Positions 36,791-45,814 of a stretch of DNA of 64,000 nt are shown one piece after another; within the stretch, counting starts at the first letter, position 1; each line of letters starts with the position of its first letter. The notes below the pieces were generated by a model that worked only from the letters and a program-made list of their open reading frames with translations, searched no databases and was not told the DNA's origin. Where the stretch lies: NCBI GenBank assembly GCA_012837885.1, contig DUQI01000113.1:894-64893 (forward strand), written 5' to 3'. The translations under genes and the position numbers were made by a program. This stretch comes from Fastidiosipila sp. Its GTDB lineage: Bacteria > Bacillota > Clostridia > Saccharofermentanales > DTU023.

Positions 36791-37692
36791 ACGCGCTTCT
36801 TTCCGGCCATCGTCAGTGCTTGATTCAGATCGTCTCTCATCTTCACGATCGCCATGTGGGTCGCTTCTGCAAAAGCATCCGGGGAGTCGGCGTTCGCTTT
36901 CTGCCAGGCGAGCATCAGGGAGCGGGAGGCATTGACGATCGCCCCTTTCCCTTCTTTATCGAACAGTCTCGCCGCATCTTCGGCCGAGCCGCCTTGAGCG
37001 CCGTAGCCCGGCACGAGGACGAACGTCTGCGGCAGCCTCATTCTTAAGGCATCGGCCTGCTCCGGCCAGGTCGCGCCGATAACGGCGCCCAGGGGGCTGT
37101 ATCCGTCATCGCCGACAAACGGCTCGCCCCAGGCCTTGACCAGATCGGCGACCGCTTCATAGAAAGCTCTACCGTCTTTTAGCTCAAGATCTAAAAGGTC
37201 GATGGCCGACGGATTGGAGGTGCGTACGAGCACGAACAGACCCTTACCGTTGGCGGCTGCCGCTTCCAAAAACGGTTTGATCCCGTCGCTTCCTAAATAC
37301 GGGTTGACGGTCAGGGCATCGGCGTAAGCGGCAAAGCCGGTATCGGTCAGATACGCCGTCGCGTACTGATCGGCCGTGCTTCCTATGTCGTTTCTTTTGC
37401 CGTCGACAATGACGATCAGGCCTTTTTCCTTGGCGTAGCGGATGGTCTCATGAAAGGCTTTAATTCCGTCTAAGCCGAGTGCTTCATAGTAGGCGAGCTG
37501 CGGCTTCACGGCTGGGATTAGATCCTTGGCTGCATCGATAAGATGACGGTTGAAGGCGAAAATCTTCTCGCCGTCCGTCATCCCTTCTTCGATCAGGAAG
37601 GAGGGCACGTATTCCGGTTTCGGATCGAGTCCCATAACGGTCGGATTGTTCTTTTCTTCTATCGCCTGTTGCAGGCGTCTGGTGAAAGTCAC
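36787..37692 (-). CDS. pyrF: orotidine-5'-phosphate decarboxylase (long type 2)
   Basis: MGLDPKPEYVP, VDGKRNDIGST and LVPGYGAQGG. Confidence 0.9.
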   Translation of the reverse strand: MTFTRRLQQAIEEKNNPTVMGLDPKPEYVPSFLIEEGMTDGEKIFAFNRHLIDAAKDLIPAVKPQLAYYEALGLDGIKAFHETIRYAKEKGLIVIVDGKRNDIGSTADQYATAYLTDTGFAAYADALTVNPYLGSDGIKPFLEAAAANGKGLFVLVRTSNPSAIDLLDLELKDGRAFYEAVADLVKAWGEPFVGDDGYSPLGAVIGATWPEQADALRMRLPQTFVLVPGYGAQGGSAEDAARLFDKEGKGAIVNASRSLMLAWQKANADSPDAFAEATHMAIVKMRDDLNQALTMAGKKRV

Positions 37693-37695
37693 GTT

Positions 37696-38961
37696 TTACT
37701 CCTTTTCAAAAGCGATGCGTCCACCGACGATCGTCATCACGGTGACCCCGTGTAACTCATAGCCGTGAAACGGCGTGTTCTTCGATTTCGAGACCTGGTT
37801 CATGCGGTCCACCGTGAATGTACTGTCGAGGTCGAAGATCGACAGATCGGCCGGCAGTCCCGTTTTAATTTCTCCTCTACCGAGCTTCAAGAGATCGGAA
37901 GGTGCCTTGGTCAATGCTTCGACCAGACGGGTAAACGGTACGAGTCCCGGTTTTACGAGTTTCGTATAGGCCAGACCGAATAAGGTCTCGAGTCCCGTCA
38001 TACCGTTTGCCGCGAGCGAAAACTCGATATCTTTGTCGTCGTTATGGTGCGGCGCATGATCCGACACCAATAGATCGAGTGTACCGTCTCGCATCCCTTC
38101 GATGATCGCGATACGATCTTCTTCGGTACGAAGCGGCGGATTACAGCGGGCCAAAGTGTTGTATCCGCGACAGTCTTCTTCGGTCAAGGTGAAATACTGC
38201 GGACACGTCTCGCCTGTCACTTTCACACCGCGCTTCTTCGCTTCGCGAATCAGATCGACGGCTCCCTTTGTGCTGACGTGTGCGATATGGACCGGCAGAT
38301 CGAGGTATTCGGCGAGAAAGATGTCTCTTGCCACCTGCATATCCTCGGCGATATCGGGAATGCCGACGACACCGAGTTCCATTGAAACGACGCCCTCATT
38401 CATCACGCCGTTTTTCATCGACGGTTCTTCGCAGTGGTCGATCACGACAAGATCGAAGTCGTTCGCATAACGCATCGCCTTTTTCATCAGTTCGGCTGTC
38501 GAGACGGGATTTCCGTCGTCTGTGACGGCGACGATGCCGGCTTCTTTCATCAGGCCGATCTCGGCCAGTTCTTCGCCTTTAAGGCCTTTGGACACGGCTC
38601 CGATCGGAAAGACATTGACGACAGCCTTTTCCTCCGCCTTGTCCATGATATAGCGCACAACGGTCGCGTTATCGATCACGGGGTTCGTATTCGGCATACA
38701 GGCGACGCTCGTCACACCGCCGGCTGCGGCCGCTTTCGTACCGGATAGAATATCTTCTTTGTACTCGAATCCGGGATCTCTCAGGTGTACATGAGCGTCG
38801 ATCAGGCCGGGCAGGACAGAGAGTCCTTGCGCATCGATTTCACGGTCAAAAGGACCGTCGAACGGATCACTGAATAAGCCGTCTTTGACATAGATCGTGT
38901 AAAGATCGTCTTGACTTCGATCATCTCCGATCGGCGCGACATTCGTTATTTTCAGATTCAT
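37696..38961 (-). CDS. pyrC: dihydroorotase
   Basis: IDAHVHLRDPG metal motif. The ATG at 38961 overlaps the pyrB stop (ATGA) and is preceded by GGAGGAA. Confidence 0.93.
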   Translation of the reverse strand: MNLKITNVAPIGDDRSQDDLYTIYVKDGLFSDPFDGPFDREIDAQGLSVLPGLIDAHVHLRDPGFEYKEDILSGTKAAAAGGVTSVACMPNTNPVIDNATVVRYIMDKAEEKAVVNVFPIGAVSKGLKGEELAEIGLMKEAGIVAVTDDGNPVSTAELMKKAMRYANDFDLVVIDHCEEPSMKNGVMNEGVVSMELGVVGIPDIAEDMQVARDIFLAEYLDLPVHIAHVSTKGAVDLIREAKKRGVKVTGETCPQYFTLTEEDCRGYNTLARCNPPLRTEEDRIAIIEGMRDGTLDLLVSDHAPHHNDDKDIEFSLAANGMTGLETLFGLAYTKLVKPGLVPFTRLVEALTKAPSDLLKLGRGEIKTGLPADLSIFDLDSTFTVDRMNQVSKSKNTPFHGYELHGVTVMTIVGGRIAFEKE

Positions 38962-39890
38962 ACGCGATTCCTCCATAGGTTCAGCAAGTAGAGCACGGCC
39001 ATGCGGACGGCCACGCCGTTTTTGACCTGTTCCGAAATCACGGAGTGGTCACTTTCATACAGTTCGGACGAGATCTCAACGCCGCGGTTCGCAGGTCCCG
39101 GATGCATCACGATCGCCCGTTCCTTGGCGAGTTTTCGGCGTTCCAGATTAAGTCCGAAGAAATGCGCATACTCGTCGATCGAGGGGAAAAGCGCGGCCTT
39201 TTGGCGTTCTCTTTGAATGCGAAGACCCATGATCACGTCGGCGCCTTCCAGCGCCTCTTCAACGTGCTTCGTGTAGACGGCATTCGTATCTTTAATGTTC
39301 ACCGGCATCAAGGTCGAAGGACCGGAGCAGTAAACGCTCGCTCCCATCTTGGTCAGAGCCAGGAGGTTCGAGCGGAACACACGACTATGCAGACAGTCTC
39401 CGACGATCGCGACTTTCAGCCCTTCAATCTGACCGAGCGATTCGCGCATCGTGAACATATCGAGGAGCGCCTGCGTCGGATGCTCATGCATGCCGTCACC
39501 GGCATTGATCACGGAGGCGCGGATGCGGTTAGCCAGAAAGTCCGGTGCACCCGATTGTCCGTGCCGCATGATCAGGAAGTCTGTCGACATCATATCGAGC
39601 GTCACACCCGTGTCGAGCAGCGTCTCCCCTTTATTCACGGAAGAACCGGAGGTCGAGATATTGGCCGAGGCGCCACCCATGAACTTGGCGGCCATTTCGA
39701 ACGACATACGCGTCCGAGTTGAATTTTCGTAAAACAACGTGACGACTGATTTACCTTGAAGATGCGACGTCTTCTTGGTCGGTGCGTCGAGCACTTTTTT
39801 CATCACGGCCGCCGTATCAAGTATCAGAGCGATCTCTTCCGGTTCCAGATGCCAGATGCCGAGCAGATCTTTGTTTCGAAGGTAATCCAT
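38958..39890 (-). CDS. pyrB: aspartate carbamoyltransferase catalytic subunit
   Basis: FYENSTRTRMSFE and HPTQALLD. ATG at 39890 with AAAGGA upstream. Confidence 0.95.
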   Translation of the reverse strand: MDYLRNKDLLGIWHLEPEEIALILDTAAVMKKVLDAPTKKTSHLQGKSVVTLFYENSTRTRMSFEMAAKFMGGASANISTSGSSVNKGETLLDTGVTLDMMSTDFLIMRHGQSGAPDFLANRIRASVINAGDGMHEHPTQALLDMFTMRESLGQIEGLKVAIVGDCLHSRVFRSNLLALTKMGASVYCSGPSTLMPVNIKDTNAVYTKHVEEALEGADVIMGLRIQRERQKAALFPSIDEYAHFFGLNLERRKLAKERAIVMHPGPANRGVEISSELYESDHSVISEQVKNGVAVRMAVLYLLNLWRNRV

Positions 39891-39924
39891 TAACAATCCT
39901 TTCTGTATCTTCGATTACACGCAA

Positions 39925-39948
39925 TAAAAAACCCACATCACGTGGGTC
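39925..39948 (-). terminator. intrinsic terminator between pyrR and pyrB
   Basis: The minus strand reads GACCCACGUGAUGUGGGUUUUUU, starting 4 nt after the pyrR stop. Confidence 0.7.
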
Positions 39949-39951
39949 TTA

Positions 39952-40500
<549 letters not shown>

Positions 40501-40522
40501 TCAAAACCTAAAGTCTTCGCTT

Positions 40523-40622
40523 GGCATAAAAAAACCTTCGCCATGCGAAGGGTGTAGCAGCACGCGGACTCCCGCTATTTACCGTCCACCCTTCCGGCCT
40601 CTCTGGACCGCTTAAAGGAGAT
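40523..40622 (-). promoter_or_regulatory. PyrR-binding transcription attenuator (binding hairpin / antiterminator / terminator)
   Basis: The minus-strand RNA contains GGUCCAGAGAGGCCGG, the conserved UCCAGAGAGG PyrR loop (40594-40612). GAAGGGUG can pair with CACCCUUC to form the antiterminator. CCUUCGC-AUG-GCGAAGG followed by U7 forms the terminator (40528-40552). Confidence 0.85.
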
Positions 40623-40689
40623 GACTTTTTTCTCTTTGCAAGGATATAGGAATTTCCCGGTCAAGTAAAGCACCAATTTTTAAAAAAAA

Positions 40690-42078
40690 TTACTCCGCTG
40701 AGGTAAGTTCATACCATTCGCCGGCACTTCGCACATAGACCGTCATATCATCCAGCGGCTCATCTACATACAGGGAAAAACCGGCGCGCCACACATCGTC
40801 GTCAACGACACCGTCATCATAGAGCGGGAATGCCTCATAGATACGCTCGCCCGCCACGATCACACGGTCGTAGTCAAGCGACCTATCGAATGCGGCATTG
40901 ATAAAAGTCATACCGGCCGCTTCGGTCTCCGAGATCTCTACCCCCATCTCAATCGTGCCCTTAACAAGAGGTATCTCAACCTCGGGTGCCGGCATAATCG
41001 GCGTACCTTGCAACAGCCAAGCGAGATTTCTTTCGACAATCTGCAAGACGACGTGCTCAGGACGTTTGCGGTCCAGCATGCGGTAATCGTATTTCGTCTG
41101 GCGCAGATATGTGACCTGACCGATCGACGACGACAGATATGGGATGAGCGCGTTCGCGAAGCTGTCTCTGAACATCAGAAGCGATCCCTCTTTATCGGGA
41201 CGCATCGTCTCGATCGTGATATCTTCCAACGTGCGGATCGGACGAAGCGGCACATAGACTGACTCGAAATCGCTGGCATAGAGCTGCTCGTCCATCACTT
41301 CTCTATCCGGATAATACATCGTCGCCAGATCGCCCTGAAAGTCGTTTCTCGCTTGAAAAGAACTGCCGATTTCGAGTGGTGTCAAGCCGAGCGTCGTCAT
41401 CAACTCGCGGTAAGCCCCTAACGCACCGATATTATTCCAGTGCGAATCGAGACGATGATAAATCGTGCCGTCGTTGTCTTCTTTCAGAGACGTAAGTAAG
41501 GAAAACAGATCGATTGCGTCGACCGATTCGTTTAAACGGAGCAGGCGCTTCGCATTCGATACATCGGTCAGAGGATTGATGAATGACGGTAGGTACTCAG
41601 GATAGATGGCCGCCTTGTTCGGCGCGATCAGAAAATGAAACGTGGCGCCGCGCGCTTCCGCGTATTCTTTTTGCAGACGCAGGCTTGTGATGATTCTCGA
41701 AAGTTCCTGATCGCTTAAGGTCGGTACTTTCAAGGCGTCATCCAAGGTCTCTTTAAAAAACAGATAGCCGTCCTTGCCCCAGATCACCTTCTGGTTCGTC
41801 GAAGACGACGTGATATGGCCGGTCAGCCAGTTGTAGCGCGAGACGAGAAAACTGTTCAGAGGAAACGATCGTGCCCAGTAATCGTCGAACTGACTCGTAA
41901 ACGACTCATTGAATCTGTCGTCGACGATGATCTCAGGGGGAAGCGGCCGCTGCTCGGAGGCAAAGTGTGAACTGTCGATGCCGAGCGCCAGGAACAAGAG
42001 CGGGATAGACGCCGTAAGAAAGAAAAATACGGTCAACAGCCATTTCAGGGTGCGGGAATTTTTCGTCTCGTCATGCAT
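40690..42078 (-). CDS. DHHW-family (AlgJ/AlgX/PatB-like SGNH-fold) extracytoplasmic O-acyltransferase, N-terminally anchored
   Basis: N-terminal TM helix LKWLLTVFFFLTASIPLLFLAL, then the signature RLDSHWNNIGA (D-x-H-W) and the serine block MFRDSFANAL. It starts 2 nt after the MBOAT stop. Confidence 0.8.
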   Translation of the reverse strand: MHDETKNSRTLKWLLTVFFFLTASIPLLFLALGIDSSHFASEQRPLPPEIIVDDRFNESFTSQFDDYWARSFPLNSFLVSRYNWLTGHITSSSTNQKVIWGKDGYLFFKETLDDALKVPTLSDQELSRIITSLRLQKEYAEARGATFHFLIAPNKAAIYPEYLPSFINPLTDVSNAKRLLRLNESVDAIDLFSLLTSLKEDNDGTIYHRLDSHWNNIGALGAYRELMTTLGLTPLEIGSSFQARNDFQGDLATMYYPDREVMDEQLYASDFESVYVPLRPIRTLEDITIETMRPDKEGSLLMFRDSFANALIPYLSSSIGQVTYLRQTKYDYRMLDRKRPEHVVLQIVERNLAWLLQGTPIMPAPEVEIPLVKGTIEMGVEISETEAAGMTFINAAFDRSLDYDRVIVAGERIYEAFPLYDDGVVDDDVWRAGFSLYVDEPLDDMTVYVRSAGEWYELTSAE

Positions 42079-42080
42079 CG

Positions 42081-43430
42081 CTAGAACCTGAAATAGATGA
42101 ACGGATTATAGGTCGCCGCCGACATCGTCAGAAGACAGATCAACCAGAGACCGGCGTACCAGACATAGCGAAGTGCGACCGGATATTTGAACTTATCGAA
42201 AAGCGGCCAACTCCCGACGACACCGGCGATCAGGATTAACAAGGAGAGCGGCGTGAAAAATTGAGCCAGCGCGACGTTATTGGCGATTGTGTTCGGGAGA
42301 AACATAAAGAGTCCCTTGACGACTTCAAATCCCTGTGCGAGCGTCTCTGCCCGAAAGAAAATAAAACCGATGCCGACGACCAGTAGGGTGTACACATGCC
42401 GCACGATACGCGGCCAACGCTCAACCTTGAAAAAGAGTTCCTCCAGAAGCAAAAAGAACCCGTGATAAAGTCCCCAGAGAACGAAGGTCCAGGAAGCACC
42501 GTGCCACAGACCGGTCAAAAAGAAAACGATCAACTTATTCAATACAGTGCGCCCTTTACCCTTGCGGTTGCCGCCGAGTGGAATATAGACGTAGTCTTTG
42601 AACCAGGATGAAAGTGAGATATGCCAACGTCGCCAAAAGTTTTGAATGCTCGTAGCACTATACGGGTAATTGAAGTTTTCTTTAAAGTGAAAGCCGAACA
42701 TCCTGCCTAGTCCGATCGCCATGTCGGAGTAGCCGGAGAAATCGAAATAGATCTGCAGCATATAGGCGATCATCAAAAGCCAGGCCGCACCACTGCCGAA
42801 CGCCTGCTGAGTGTAGAGATCGTCGACGATCAGTGCGGCCGTATTGGCGACGATCAATTTTTTAGCTAATCCTATAATAAATCGTGAGATACCGGATGCG
42901 ACACTGTCGAGTGTCATCACGCGGTCTTTAATCTGTGCTTCGATGTCGACGTAGACGACGATCGGTCCTGCGATCAGCTGCGGAAAGAAAGTGATATAAA
43001 GCAACAGATTGATGTAGTTGTTCTGCGGTGTTGTCCGCTTTCTATAGACGTCGATCACGTAGCTCAGCGTTTGGAACGTATAAAAACTGATCCCGATCGG
43101 TAGCGGAATGCGGGGCAGCATGAAATGGCTGCCAAACAGCACGTTCACATTGTGAACCAGAAAGTCACTGTACTTGAAGACAGCGAGCATGCCGATGTTG
43201 AACACGATCGCCAGAACAAGCATCAGACGTGAGGTCATGCGTTTGGCCAGGAAATAGTTGATCACGCTCGACAGGATCATGATCAGGATGTAGATCGGTT
43301 CGCCCCAGCCGTAGAAGACGAGGCTCGCCAACACGAGGAACACATTTTGCCACGCGCGCGGCAAAAGCCGATTGACTAAAAAGACAATCGGCAAAAAGAT
43401 GAGAACGAACGTCGCCGAACTAAAGACCAT
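42081..43430 (-). CDS. MBOAT-family membrane O-acyltransferase (AlgI/DltB/PatA-like)
   Basis: Polytopic. Conserved motifs FWRRWHISLSSWFKDYVYIPLGGNR and TGLWHGASW (catalytic His region). Confidence 0.9.
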   Translation of the reverse strand: MVFSSATFVLIFLPIVFLVNRLLPRAWQNVFLVLASLVFYGWGEPIYILIMILSSVINYFLAKRMTSRLMLVLAIVFNIGMLAVFKYSDFLVHNVNVLFGSHFMLPRIPLPIGISFYTFQTLSYVIDVYRKRTTPQNNYINLLLYITFFPQLIAGPIVVYVDIEAQIKDRVMTLDSVASGISRFIIGLAKKLIVANTAALIVDDLYTQQAFGSGAAWLLMIAYMLQIYFDFSGYSDMAIGLGRMFGFHFKENFNYPYSATSIQNFWRRWHISLSSWFKDYVYIPLGGNRKGKGRTVLNKLIVFFLTGLWHGASWTFVLWGLYHGFFLLLEELFFKVERWPRIVRHVYTLLVVGIGFIFFRAETLAQGFEVVKGLFMFLPNTIANNVALAQFFTPLSLLILIAGVVGSWPLFDKFKYPVALRYVWYAGLWLICLLTMSAATYNPFIYFRF

Positions 43431-43988
43431 TTAGCTGACGTGAGCGAATTTTCCTATATAGCTGATCGAGATGACTTCGTCATTAAAGACGATTAAGATC
43501 AATTCGACGTCGTCATCCTCATAGATATACTGGCCGAAAGATTCACGATAATCGTCTCCGTAAATACGCAGCATCTCGTCTTTCGACATACCGATCCGAA
43601 GTCCCTCCCTCGTCTCGACCGTCTGGTCGACTAAGATAACGCCGGTAATCATCTCGACATTATTGACCAGACCACTTTGAATCTCGAATCCGTCAAAATA
43701 ATAAACCTTGTCGAGTCCTTCGAATGCACAACTCGGTGCCTCCCCTGTCTCCAATGCCTGGTCGAGCAGCGTGCGCGAGTCATCAGCCGGAGCCGTCGGC
43801 TGCACTAAAACACTATTATGCGAAAACGCATATCCGTCGATAGCGACAGGTGGTTCATCAGAACCGGATTCAATGGGCGGCTCTGTCTCCTCGATGACAG
43901 GCGGCGTAATAACAGGTTCTCCGCCTTGCGACAGGATCGGTGAAATCGTAAGCATGATGACCAAAATAATACTCAATAGATGTTCCAT
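43431..43988 (-). CDS. small secreted protein of unknown function
   Basis: Signal-peptide-like N-terminus LLSIILVIMLTISPILSQG, then a Pro/Glu-rich spacer and a compact C-terminal domain (GLRIGMSKDEMLRIYG). Its stop abuts the MBOAT start with zero gap. Confidence 0.65.
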   Translation of the reverse strand: MEHLLSIILVIMLTISPILSQGGEPVITPPVIEETEPPIESGSDEPPVAIDGYAFSHNSVLVQPTAPADDSRTLLDQALETGEAPSCAFEGLDKVYYFDGFEIQSGLVNNVEMITGVILVDQTVETREGLRIGMSKDEMLRIYGDDYRESFGQYIYEDDDVELILIVFNDEVISISYIGKFAHVS

Positions 43989-44047
43989 ATAGTCTCTCCA
44001 AAGGTTTGTATCTTAGCGGTACAGGTGGCGTGATCGCCATCGTTTCC

Positions 44048-45736
44048 TTATGGTCCTTCGTCCGGAGGTTCTTCGTCACCCGGGTCAGGTGATGTTCCCG
44101 GATCAGTCGGATTTGGATCTGGCGGCGTCGGCTCCTCTGCCGGCGGTGGTGTCGGTGTTGTCGGATCCTCAGTTGGTAGAGGTGTAGGAGTAGGAGTCGG
44201 AGTGGGTGTTGCAGGCGGAGGTGTCGGCGATGGGGTCGGAGTTGGTGTTACAGGTGGAGGTGTCGGTGACGGGGTCGGGGTGGGTGCGACATAGAGATAG
44301 ACGCTATAAGGGATCATCTCTGTCTCGGTCACGCTTGTCTCGGCTGACCAGCCGGTAGGCGCACCGGTCGCCGAATCGACCGATAAAAGCTGACGCGTGA
44401 TTCTGACGACACCGTCTCTTCCCGTGTTCGGTACTTGCTTCCCATCCAGGTTCTGATCTTGAGTGACAACTGTAGCGTTCCCTTTCGTCATCGGCACACG
44501 TTCCGTCCTCGAATCACGCTGTCCGACAAAGATGATCTGATGTACCGGCTCCACTCTTTGATCCTTTTCGACCAGGAGTTTTCGTACTAGCCGTGTCCCG
44601 CTGTAAAAATACGTGTAATGATCGCGAATCTCACCGTTTTGCGGTGCGACATCGCTGTAGGTCAGATTATTATAGACAGAACTTTCATTGCTGTTCACTT
44701 GATAGATCGTGCTGTATGGAATCGGCACCCGGTTTTCAAAGACTACTCGGCGGCTGCTGTCGCTCGGTATCTCCGAAGCCGTTTCGCGGTAGATATAATA
44801 GCCGTCGCGTCTCGTATCGACGAGTGAGGAGATCGGACGCATGAAGATATTGAAACCGACGTCGAGCACATAGCTCCCTACTTGTGCCCAGGCATGCATG
44901 CGACGGTATTCGAAGTGATACGTCGACCAGACACCGGCTCTGCGCAACAGGGCGACGAGGACGAAGGCACGTGTATAGCAGTTACCGCGCCGATAACGAA
45001 GTCCGTCCATGGCCCCCGTCAAAAAGACTTGTGAGCCACCGGCCGAATAACGAATCTGACCACGCGTCCAGGAGTAGACGCGAGAGATGATCTGACTGTT
45101 GCTCATCTGATTCGTGATCAGGGAGCGAAGGATCGCGTCGGCCGCTTCATCTACAGAAGCGCTCCCTGAAGTACCGCCCGGTTCGTACGCCGGACGCGGC
45201 GTCGGCTCAGGTGTGGCCGCGGGGTTTGTCAGTGTCGGTCCGGTACTCGTTCCGGGTGTCTCCTTCTCAGTCGTAGACGCCGGCTCCGTCCCCGGGCTCG
45301 TTTCTTTTTCGCTAACTTCCGGTATCTCTGAATCCATTACCGCCAGATGCATCGCTACCGGGTCATCTACTTGTTCACCGATATCGAAGCGTGTCAGGCC
45401 GGCCAGCGCCATGCGCGGCAGATGAACCTGTCCGAGCATCGCGCGACTCGCCTGATGCACGATTGCCGACGGTTGACTTCTCTCTTTATTCAGTGATGGT
45501 CGAATATCGAGAAATTCGTCAAAATCATCGAGGTCTCGAAACTCGAGATCCCGAATCACATCCTCCACTTCCGGGCGGACGATATAGAACGGTTTTACTG
45601 TGTACGCTTGTTCCTTAAGCTCGTCTTCAGCCGATACCAGCATCATGCCGACAGGTAAAATGAATAGTGAAATGAGTAAAAAAATGACGAGACAGGAAGC
45701 CAAGGAAGAGATATACCGTTTGTGCATGCTGGTCAC
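44048..45736 (-). CDS. secreted/anchored transglutaminase-fold (Cys-His-Asp) protein with G5-like modules and a Pro/Thr-rich tail
   Basis: N-terminal hydrophobic anchor; core YRRGNCYTRAFVLVALLRRAG...RRMHAWAQVGSYVLDVG; G5-like segment PIPYSTIYQV...GEIRDHYTYFY...VEPVHQIIFVGQR; C-terminal PTPTPSPTPPP repeats. Start is uncertain: GTG 45736 after AAGGGGGAA, ORF-track TTG 45754, or ATG 45727. Confidence 0.75.
   Translation of the reverse strand: MTSMHKRYISSLASCLVIFLLISLFILPVGMMLVSAEDELKEQAYTVKPFYIVRPEVEDVIRDLEFRDLDDFDEFLDIRPSLNKERSQPSAIVHQASRAMLGQVHLPRMALAGLTRFDIGEQVDDPVAMHLAVMDSEIPEVSEKETSPGTEPASTTEKETPGTSTGPTLTNPAATPEPTPRPAYEPGGTSGSASVDEAADAILRSLITNQMSNSQIISRVYSWTRGQIRYSAGGSQVFLTGAMDGLRYRRGNCYTRAFVLVALLRRAGVWSTYHFEYRRMHAWAQVGSYVLDVGFNIFMRPISSLVDTRRDGYYIYRETASEIPSDSSRRVVFENRVPIPYSTIYQVNSNESSVYNNLTYSDVAPQNGEIRDHYTYFYSGTRLVRKLLVEKDQRVEPVHQIIFVGQRDSRTERVPMTKGNATVVTQDQNLDGKQVPNTGRDGVVRITRQLLSVDSATGAPTGWSAETSVTETEMIPYSVYLYVAPTPTPSPTPPPVTPTPTPSPTPPPATPTPTPTPTPLPTEDPTTPTPPPAEEPTPPDPNPTDPGTSPDPGDEEPPDEGP
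44208..44285 (-). repeat. two tandem 39-nt coding repeats (13-aa PTPTPSPTPPPxT units)
   Basis: 44208-44246 (gttgcaggcggaggtgtcggcgatggggtcggagttggt) versus 44247-44285 (gttacaggtggaggtgtcggtgacggggtcggggtgggt). They differ at only a few positions and sit within a wider P/T-rich tract (about 44100-44290). Confidence 0.85.
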
Positions 45737-45814
45737 CGTCAATTCCCCCTTCAACCATCGTCTATAGTCTTTTTAGATTATAACGTAAAGAACTGACTTG
45801 ATTGTGACGCCTGC

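Noticed and set aside
40690-43430. The MBOAT + SGNH-like pair read as a dltB/dltD D-alanylation operon.
   Set aside because: There is no dltA (adenylation) or dltC (carrier protein) gene in or near the cluster. The second protein carries the D-x-H-W (DHHW/AlgJ-type) signature rather than a clear DltD pattern.
44100-44290. Periodic ggtgt/cgg repeats that could be mistaken for a CRISPR-like or minisatellite array.
   Set aside because: The repeats are in frame within a long ORF and encode PT-rich peptide units. There are no unique spacers, no leader and no cas genes.
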